NCBI GenBank assembly: GCA_964016885.1
Contig: OZ024741.1
Location: 338,334,001 to 338,398,000 of the forward strand
From: Eledone cirrhosa
Taxonomy: Eukaryota
DNA length: 64,000 nucleotides
Direction: 5' to 3'
Shown: positions 53,509 through 64,000 of the stretch, piece by piece
Position numbering within the stretch: the first letter of the stretch is position 1
Layout of the letters: every line of letters begins with the position of its first letter
Program-made: the position numbers and the translations under genes
Notes under the pieces: model-generated
Databases searched by the model: none
Seen by the model: the letters and a program-made list of their open reading frames with translations, nothing else
Told to the model about the DNA's origin: nothing

Positions 53509-53568
<60 letters not shown>

Positions 53569-56500
53569 AGTACAGCATATTCGAAGCTCGAGCCGCAGCT
53601 AAGCCGATGAATGCCTTCAGCAGTGCAGCCAAGCACTCGACAAGGTATAAACCTCAGAGTAATAACATACAGTTTAAAGGGCTTTGCAAATTGAAGATAG
53701 TGACCGGTAATCCAGCCGCGTGGTATGTAGCAACGAAAGAACTGACTCGTGAGAAAAAATACATACACATATACATATACACATATATATATATATATAT
53801 AGTATATATATAGACATATATATATATATGCGTGTGTCTGTGTGTTGTGTATATATATATACATATGTATTTTATGAGTAAATACCATATACTGTGTAGT
53901 GCAGCTTGTTTTGTTTTTTTCATCATTAAATGTTTGGTTAATGGTGTATAGAAGTTCAGTAATATAGTGAGAAAAATCATTTGTACTTTTAAGTGTAAAA
54001 TATTACTTACATTTTTCATGTTTCCAACAAACTTATTCATGGATCTATCTTCTGCAATAACCATTCCACATTTTGAAAGGGGAATAGAACCTGAAAATAT
54101 ATTTTGATAAATAACTATGTGTGATATGTATTCAATTATATATGGCACATATGGAATTTCATCGATATAAATTTGAGTATTTGCTAGACAGTTATTATGA
54201 TTTACATTGCTGTATATTGTAAATAACTTACCTAGAATGCCATGTTATAAATTCTGATAAATTATATAATGTGTGTATTTAATGTGTATTCACCTCTTGG
54301 GGAGATTCCACCAACAGTGTATGTGCACCATTACTAAACATCCATTGGAGTGACTGTCACCAAGACAGTGGTCCTTAAGGAGACCAAGATCGCCAGTAAC
54401 AGACCACTTTTATGAAGACACAGTGGCGCTAGGTGATGCATGTCTCCAGAAGGGCAAACCATCATCTTCCAAAACTCGTGTTCTACGGAGAATTGTCTTC
54501 TGGTTGTCGAAACAGCACTGCACCAAAGAAGTGGTACAAATATGTGCTAAAAGAGACCCTGAGAATATGTAACATTGACCACCACCTGTGGACCTCTACC
54601 CAGGGAGGCTACCAGCACATTTGAGGCAAATCGTCATGTCAGCCTGGGCATGAGGAGAGACTGGCAGGAGGGTGATGTCAAGGTGAAGCCAAGCACAACA
54701 CAGTCATTTGATGGAGTCATAGGAGTATTGTCATGACAAATGACATCGCATTGTCAGGTGATGCCCGTGAAGGTGTTTAATTGTTTCAGGACCCTAGCCT
54801 TGTCATCACCCATGGTAACACTGACATGGTAACACTTGCCTCGAAAAGTTCTGATGATTATTGAGGTGTGTGGCCAATTGATACACTTAGTCATGAATCG
54901 ATATATATGTTTTGTTTCTTTTTTTTCTCACTTTGATTATATATTTCTCTGTATTATATTTATTTAATCTTATATATTTGTTATGCATGTATGATCCCAT
55001 AACTCTTGAGGGAGTCGTAGGGGCGCCGTATTGACATACAGCATTTCTAGAGCTTTTTTTTTTTTAATGGTGGAGCCCATCTTCTCTCCAAGTCTGAATA
55101 CAGCAGATTTCTTCCAGAGAAGGATAGAGAGTGAGAGAATATGGAAGTGAGAAAGAGATATAGAGTTAAAATCAACCCCAGTACTAGACTGGTCCTTTTT
55201 TTATCGATCTCGAATGGAGGAAATGCAAAATTGACCTCAGCAAGATTTGAAATGAGAGCCGGAACAAATACCGCAAAGCATTCTATCCAATGTTCTAAAT
55301 GATTCTGTCAATTTGCCACCTTATATATTTGTTATACGGTAGTTAAAAAATTATGGAAAATTACCTGTTACAAACTCCTTTGAAATTTCAATGTTGTTAA
55401 CGAGAAACGAAACTGAATTTGGGTCTTTCTTCATTGTGACGGTGTTCCAGTTCCCCAAAATCTGTGCAAGAAATAAAGAAAAATCTTAATAGTTAAAATT
55501 TCCTACATACGATCGTACTCTACGGAGAATTGTCTTCTAGCTATCGAAACAGTGGTGCACCCAAGAAAAGGTATCAAGATATGCTTTAAAAAAGACCCTG
55601 AATGTATGTAATATCAACCACCCCCAGTGAACCCTCGGCTGCTGACCACAATGCTTGGTGCCACACCATAATATAAAATTTTAAAAGTATGAAAAATACA
55701 ATAAATAAATAAATAAATAAATAAATGTATATATATAAATATATAAACAAATAAATAAGTTGGACTAGCGATATCTAGAAAAACTATTTTATTGTATTCA
55801 ATAATAGTAAGTGTCAGCCTTTTGAGCCAGTAATGTAACTTCATACCATATAGACAAACAATCATTTATTTAATGAAAGTTCTCATATAAAACCATATAG
55901 ATAGCATATAAATACCATACAGATACCAAATAAATAGTTACTGTACATTTCTATAAGCATAGAATTGTAGATAATAAAATGACATCGTTTTGGTATACAA
56001 ACACCACTTTTGAATAAACATTTATAATACGGAATAGACAAGGGCCCCATAAATGACGGTGAATGCAATACGTCTAGGAGAGCATTTACTTTGAATGAAA
56101 TAAGACTGCACGGGGTGGACATAGACTCTATAAGCCATAATGAAAACAACCTCTCTACGAGAGGTCACTCTTGATAAAAACTAATACAGGATAGAAAGGA
56201 CCCTTAACTCCAGTCAAAAACCTCTCTAGTAGTGCTGATGGCACAATAAAATGCATCCACTATATGCTATAAAGTGATGAGTGATAGAAAGGGCATCCAT
56301 CAAGAAAAGAAACTGCCAAAAATTATCATCATCATCATCATCATGAAAAGTAGATGAAATGATGATGGGTCATGTTAATATTTTCATATATATGTAGATG
56401 CTCATATATTTACAAAATAATAATGTAAGATACTAATATTTTTTATGGAAAGGAAATGAAACGGCTTCTGAAAATGAAAACTGGATTGAGAACTTTGCTC

Positions 56501-59500
56501 AGTCTAAATGTTAACTTCTAGTTTACAGTTCAAATATCAGTTGCTCTCTGGTAGGTTTGTGGTATTGCCTGCAGTAGTGGAGACTTCCGGCATTCTTGCA
56601 CCCAGGACCACATCCCTGCTCACTGCTATCAGAGCAGAGTTGGTTGCCCACAGGTGTGAGCCCATGAGGTGGAGAGGCTGTTCCAGTATATCTCTCTTGC
56701 TGTCCTCCGGGGGGAGGGGAAGCAATGTATTCTCCATCCTCTTAGTGAGCCAGGACCAAGAAGCAGAGAGTAAGTCAGTTAGAGATGAAGGATACTCGTT
56801 TGGACGTCACACATATACACACATACACAAAATAGATAAAAAGAAACAATATTTGTAATGTTACAAAACTTTGTAAACTTACAAAGCCCATAAGCTACTG
56901 AAGTTTACAGTGTTCACAATATCAACAAAGAAATATATTGATTAACTTACCACATTCGTTGACGATTCAATGTTTTTTATTCCAGTAATTGTTCTTACTT
57001 TTAGTAAAAAATTGACCGTGTTGCCATTAAGGCTGAAACTGAATGTTGCATCTTCTGTACAATTATTGTTGCTCATTAAAGCTGTTATTCCTGTATTTCC
57101 AAATGGCATTTGGAAATCCACAGACAGACCAAACCATTCACCAAGTTCATTATTAGAAAAAAAAGGAACTCCTACAGTGGTGGTGCCATTGAAAATGGCA
57201 AAATCGTTATTGAAAGAAATAGCTTCGGCATTGAGGTAAACCGTTTCAGGGACTGTTTCTAAGTTTCCATTCAGAGGAGCTGTGAAGCTGAAACAGGTTG
57301 TAGCTGTAATGCAGGAAAAAGAATGTAAACAGATTTGCTGAATGTCTCATGAAATAAAAACGAAAAACAAAATGCAGGGTGAGTCATAAGTAACCAGGAA
57401 ATCAATGCATTTTTTTTATTGCAAGGTTCACAGATAACTTTTTGAACATCCACATATTTGTGTGGGATCAGCCATGATTGTATTGTTTTTACTTTTGTTT
57501 GATGTATTTATAATTTTGTAATTTACGACCAGAATATTAGTAAATATTATCATTTGAAATATAAATGTTGTACTGCCAGATTAGTTATAACTCACCCTGT
57601 ATAATCAAGTGAAAATAATTAGAAAAAAATAATAACATTGTCGTAAATGATTTCATAGAAACAAAGCAAAAATGTATTTGTTGAAATGTGGACTGCTTGC
57701 TTGGTGATAAGAATATGGAGAGGGAGGACATGAGGCCAACTGCTGTCGGTAGGAGTGGGTGAGCAGAAGTGAGTTGAATTAATGCCACTGACTTCTGCCA
57801 CATCCACTTGGGGTTTACCTGAGTCATTTCATTGCTACATTATAGCATTCATACACACACATAGAAGTTGAGGTTATTTGGTTTATTTCATACCACAGCA
57901 CAACTAACATTAAAATTCAACCTGCTACAGGATTGAATTTAGTCTAGTAAACCCATGAAAGGGCTATCTCAGCATGGTTACAAACTAAAGATTGAAACTA
58001 GTAAAAATAAAATAACAATAATTACGTCTGATATTCACATTAGACTCAATACATGTGCATAAAGTCATATTAAATTCCAGTCCTGCACCGCAGCTTTTTT
58101 CAACCCAATCCGATCCGACTTTCTGGAGATATTTTCCTTTCTCACCGGAAAGCTGATACAGAGATGAACATGCTGAAGTGAGATAAAAATAGAAAAGATG
58201 AAATTTATTTGATATTAAATTGCATCAGTGAATTTGTTAAAATTTATGAAATTACTAAAATTATCCAACAAAATATAGGTTACCAAAGTTTCACAGATTT
58301 TTTTTTTTTTACAAAATACTTTTGATAGAAAGATGGAGGTACTGGATATCATGTACAGGGTATGATTTCCGAAGGAAAAATCTACAATACTGGGTACACA
58401 CCAAAAGTAAAGTGCCTACATTATATGCATCTGTAAACTCTAACTTTGCATGGTATAAGCAATAAACAGGATAAGCAATAAATTGATGGAGTCAATAGAA
58501 TGTCAGATAGAATGTTTTGTAGTATTCATTTTCACTTTCTGCTCTTGAAATCCCACCAAGGTCAACTTTGCCTTTCATCCATTCAACGTTGATAAAAAAA
58601 AGTACCAATCAAGTACTGGGGTCGATTCTTCCTCTATATCTCTTTCTCACTTCCTTTCTGTCACTCTCTCTATCCGTCTCTAGAAGAAATCTGCTGTGAG
58701 AGAAATCTGCCAGGAGAGGAGATGAGCTCCACCAGGTTTTAAAATGCCCTAGAAATGCCATATGTCAATCAGGAGTTACAGGATGAAATAAAACAATAAC
58801 AGGATATTCAGTTATGCTCAATTTTCAGCATAACAGTAACTCAAAATTAGTGATGCATTGGATCACAATATTTTATAGAGTAAGGCCTCTTCACAGTGTC
58901 ATTTCACTTTACATATTGTGTTTTGTAGAGATATTCTTTATATACAGGCGACAAATTCAGAGTTATTAGAACATCGGATATAATGCTTTGTGGTATTCAT
59001 TTCAGCTCTCTGTTCTCTGAGTTCAAATCCCACCTTTAATCCATTTCTATTTCTCACTTCCTCTCTCCTTCTCTCTTTCTCTCTCTCTCTCTCCCACTTT
59101 ATATCCTTCTCTGGGAGAAATCAGCTGTATTGAGACCTGGAGAGGAGATGGGCTCTACCAGGTTTGAAAAAATGCCCTAAAAATGCTGTATGCCAATACA
59201 GCACCCCTACAACTCACTCAGGAGTTATGGGACCATGCATGCAGGCATTCTTTATAAACCACATTCAGCAGTGGCACTTGATTAATCATCACAGAAACTG
59301 ATCCCTTTTGTTTTTCGGTTTTTTTCACAAAGCTCAATTTTAAACAAAGGCTAATGATAGTATATAGTAAACAAAATATAGTTAGTATAATTTTTTAAAT
59401 ATTGATACAGAGTGAGTCAAAAGTAGTGTCCAATTCCTGTTTTAGGGTTATCAGTTGAAAGACATGTTTTCAAATGTATTACTTCTAATTATTCCATTTA

Positions 59501-61433
59501 TTCAGGGAATAAGAGACTGTAACAGGCTATTTTACTTTCAATGTTCAAAGTGTCCTCCCTCATAATCAATGCACAATTGTAACAAGCAAGCACAGAGTGA
59601 CACACACGACTTCAGAATTCGCTATCAAACAGAGAAAAGTATAAACAACATCAAGGTTCAAATACCGCCACATCAACAACAACAACATGAGCATGACATC
59701 CCAGAAACTGGGCGCTACTTTTGACTCACCCACTTCTTCTTTGCCCACTTATTCCTGAGAGGGTCATGGGGGCAGTGTCCTCAAACACTCCTTCCAGCGG
59801 GTTCTCTCAGAAGCAACTGTCTCCAGCTGATCCGGCTGGATCTCCAAGTGAGACTAGCTGGGCTCATGGGTGTTATCCAACCATCTTGCTTGAAGTCTAC
59901 CCCTGAGTCTCCTGCCGGTTGGTTTTTGCCCGTAAAATCTGTCCAACGATTCTTTCCTGAGACATTCTAACTACATACCCATTGTATTGGAACTGTGATC
60001 TTTCAATTCAGAGAAGTAGCAACTCTACCTGGAGTGACTCTCTGATCTCCGAGCTACGCACTCTATCAAGTAATGTTACTCCAAAGACCCTTCGGAGGAA
60101 CCCCATTTTGGTCGCTTGTATTTGCGATCGTATTCTTTCAGTCATTACTCAAGATTCATGACCATAGTTAAGGGTTGGCACGAATACCAAATTGAACATA
60201 GCGAGTTTGGCTTTTATGCCTTCCTTCTTCTGATTACTGAATTCTGAAGCAGGCACATTGCTGCACCAGCTCCTGCAATTCCAGCATTTAATTCAGCCTC
60301 CTGCCTTCCATCACTCAGGAACATGACCCCAAGGCACTTGAACTTCTCTGCTTGCTTCAGTGAAACTCCATTCATATGTAGTGCACTGCACAGGCTTCCT
60401 TGAGGGGACGAGTGTCTCAGTTTTCACAGCACCAATTTTCATTCCAGCCATGTAGCACTCGGCATCAAACATATCAGGTGCAAGTCGGAGATCACCATCT
60501 GTTGAATTAAGAAACACCATGTTGTCTGCAAATTCCAGCAGACTGATTTTGCACCCACCAGTCATGATACCACTTCCAACCCGGCTGTGCATGTCAATCC
60601 TGTTCATGTAAATGATGAACAGGAGAAGTGACAGTACGTACCCTTGGAGGAGTCTGACTCCCACATTGAATGCTTTCAATTTAGCACCATTTATCTGAAC
60701 ACAAATACTTGGGCATTTGTATAGAGACATCAGGGCAGCAAGAAGCTGACCATCAAACCCATACTTATGCAGAACCTTCCACAGCAGGTCCCGAGGAACA
60801 TGGTCATATGCCTTTTCAAGGTCGACAAAATAAGAATAATTCTAATTTTCAAAAAGGGAAACAAGAGAGATTGTTCCAATAACAGAGGGATCTCCTTGTT
60901 AAGCCTCCCCAGTAAAGTCCATGCTAAGTGTCTAGCAAAGAGATTCAGGGAGATTGTTGAGTCCAAGCTAGCTGATGAACAGTGTAGTTTTCACCCCAGA
61001 CACAGCACAGTCGAGCAAATATTCACACTACGGCAGGTCTTCGAGAAATCATGGGAGTATTGCCAAGAGGCATATTCTTGTTTTGTCGACCTTGAAAAAG
61101 CATATGACCCAGTATGTTATGACCTTTAATTTTTAAAGATTATTAAGATAATCAAAATAACAGAATAAAAATATTAAAAATATAACGCACAAGGAAGTTG
61201 AACCACAGAAGGGTTGCATGTAAGGTCCGACACACATTGTTGGTTGCTTTCAGAAAAGCGTTTTTCATTACCACAATTTTGAGATGTCACTGGTATATCT
61301 TGGACACATGAGAAGTATTTACTGCAACTGTTCACATCTTCCACCTTGGCACGGCCCTCACAACCTAGGATAATATAAAAATTTAAAAAAGTATTTAATA
61401 TAATACAATAGATTATACACACACACACATATG

Positions 61434-61472
<39 letters not shown>

Positions 61473-62788
61473 CTTACACTAGAAAATATCACCTATGATA
61501 CACAGATAGTTGGTGTTACACTAAGAAATATCACCTATGATACACTGATACTTGGTGTTACACTATGAAATATCACCTATGATACACTGATACTTGGTGT
61601 TACACTAGAAAATATTACCTACACGAGGAAATATCACCTAAAAAAAATTCAAATACCACCAAACTAATACCAAAGTGTTCAAACCAGTAACTATTTTAAT
61701 GTGCAGTTGACTCCTGCTTGTCATCACGTCATCATCTCGTCATCATTTAACATCCATTTTTCCATGCTAGCATGGGTTAGATGAGCTGTTCCATTGTGAG
61801 ATAAGCCTGGTCGGATAACAATGTCTTGCTCATACAGAACTAATTTGGGGTTGGTTTCTACGACAGAATGCCTTTCCTAACACCAATCACATTTATAGTA
61901 TGCACTGAGTGTGTTTTTTGTTGTGACACCTACACGACCACTTTACAGTGTGTACTACATGCTTTTTATTGTTATACCTACATGACCTATAGTTTTTTAT
62001 CTAATTTAAGTTCACATGGTAAATGATGGTTAAAAGACTTAAAATACTCATGAAATGCTAAAAGTATCCCCCATTACATTACAAATACTTCTCAGATTCA
62101 GAGAATATAAAATGCTGAGTCATGGCACCTGTCTCAAAGATTTATGCAGTTCTTAGAATTTCCTTAAAATAAATCCTTGTTGAAATATGGCAGTAGTGTA
62201 CAACAATTAAAACAAACTGTTAGTTTATTGTGGATTACTGTATGTGTTGTATGTTCACTAAGAAAGAAAGGAAGAGAGAAAGTGTGTGTGTGTAAGAGAG
62301 AGGGAAATAAATAGAGAAAAAAGAAAGAGAGGGTGAATGGGAGAGAGAGAGAGAGAGAGAAAGAGACATAAAGAAAGAGAGGAGGAACGTAAGAGAGAGA
62401 GAGAGAAAGAGACATAAAGAAAGAGAGGAGGAACGTAAGAGAGAGAGAGAGAAAGAGACATAAAGAAAGAGAGGAGGAACGTAAGAGAGAGAGAGAGAAA
62501 GAGACATAAAGAAAGAGAGGAGGAACGTAAGAGAGAGAGAGAGAAAGAGACATAAAAAAGAGAGGGTGAATGGGAGAGAGAGAAATAGTGAAATAATGAT
62601 ATATTTACTTGAAACACAGGCGACGTTGATTTTATAATCACAGGTTAAACTTTCAGGATTGAAATAAAGGCCATCATTACAATTCATCTCACGACGAAAA
62701 AATCCGTTGGGTGTTGGTTCACACACAATGTACTTTTCACAACGGTAAGGATGCTTGCAAAAATAGGTATTTTGACAGCTGCAAAACT
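52638..62788 (-). CDS. Pif/LamG3-like gene, copy B (exons 2-8; exon 1 beyond the window); complement(join(52638..52667,54011..54090,55365..55461,56951..57303,58026..58172,61191..61364,62609..62788))
   Basis: Same exons and intact splice sites as copy A, no stops or frameshifts; 8 amino-acid differences. Confidence 0.86.
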
Positions 62789-63851
62789 CTAAAATGATAA
62801 AAAGTAAATAATTTTCATAAACAGATAGATAAATATTGTCTATAATATTAGAAGAACCCCATGCATTGCCCACATTTCAAAATAGCAATCTACATTCTAG
62901 GTTCAAATCCAGCCGAGGTTAAGCTTTGACTTTTATCCTTACAGATTCGTAAAAATAAATACCACTAATGCATTGGATTCGATTTTATTCAGTTTCTCCT
63001 CCTCCAAAAATTGTTAGCTTTGTACCTAAGTCAGAAAGAGCATATAGTTAGTAAGAAATTCTGAGGCATTTTTAATCTGATGCCCTAACACAACTCTATC
63101 AATTTGCCACACTAAAGCAAATGTTTATAAGTATCATTAGCTTCAGTTATTACTCTGTAATTACTATCTGTTATTACAGTTATTACTATCTGTTCTAAAA
63201 TTCTGAATTGTTGACTTAGAAGCAGGTCGACATATTTTGTTTAGGTGTAAGGTTGCTTGAATTGGTTTTTGAATATATTAAAGGTATTTATTTTATTCAT
63301 CTTCCAGAGAACTAAATAGCAAAGTTCTGTTACAATCACTGTTTGAGATTGAGGAATGACTGTACAATAGAAATGCTAACCAAACATGTGATGGTTGATC
63401 TTCTACTAGACTTGTGGGTTCATGCTCTCAGTAAAGACTGCAATAGTATTCAACATATTTCATTTTCAGAGTCCAGGATCAGTATGCCATATAAACCAGA
63501 ATTTCTGGGTATATGAACAATCATCAAATTTGAAAAATAGCAATTTGATAAATTAATGGTTTGCATAAGAGAACCCCTGTAGTTTATGTTGATTACTGAC
63601 ACATGGAAGTGATTAAAGATAAAAATGTTCATTTAAATAATTTTTTTTTAAAGATATAATTGCATAAATGTTCAGCATGTATATACAAATGACATACACA
63701 ATTAAATGTATTAGTAACTTTGGAGAAATAACTATTTACAGGGATAAGAAGCCAGGATCCTATGATTGAAAAGCAAACTTCTTATAGCAAAATGATTGAG
63801 ATAGGAAATGCATTGTGTGCATGTGTGTAAATTTTAAAGAGTTACAGACAA

Positions 63852-63933
<82 letters not shown>

Positions 63934-64000
63934 ACACATATATATATATACATATATATATATATACACATATATATATATACATATATATATATATACA

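Overview
AT-rich, microsatellite-dense animal genomic DNA, most likely octopod cephalopod (inferred from the repeat families and the mollusc-type gene). About 20.9 kb at the start (1-~20,880) recurs as a near-identical direct copy at ~43,113-64,000, a period of ~43.1 kb. The repeated unit carries a minus-strand, 8-exon, 380-aa gene that the ORF track does not assemble: signal peptide, two CBM14/peritrophin-A-like chitin-binding modules, a third degenerate module and a C-terminal laminin-G/ConA-like domain, i.e. a Pif/BMSP/LamG3-family protein without VWA. Copy A is complete (CDS 9306-28132); copy B shows exons 2-8. The copies differ at 8 coding positions, all non-synonymous, five of them in the 147-nt exon 4, while the introns are almost identical. 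The rest is transposon-derived: two young RTE LINEs with open ORFs in intron 1, decayed RTE/CR1/L1-like pieces, tRNA-derived SINEs, MITEs, a hAT(m)-like transposon, and many Penelope-like (PLE) remnants. These carry more than a dozen hammerhead ribozyme motifs, some with variant cores. All alignments and folds were done by eye.
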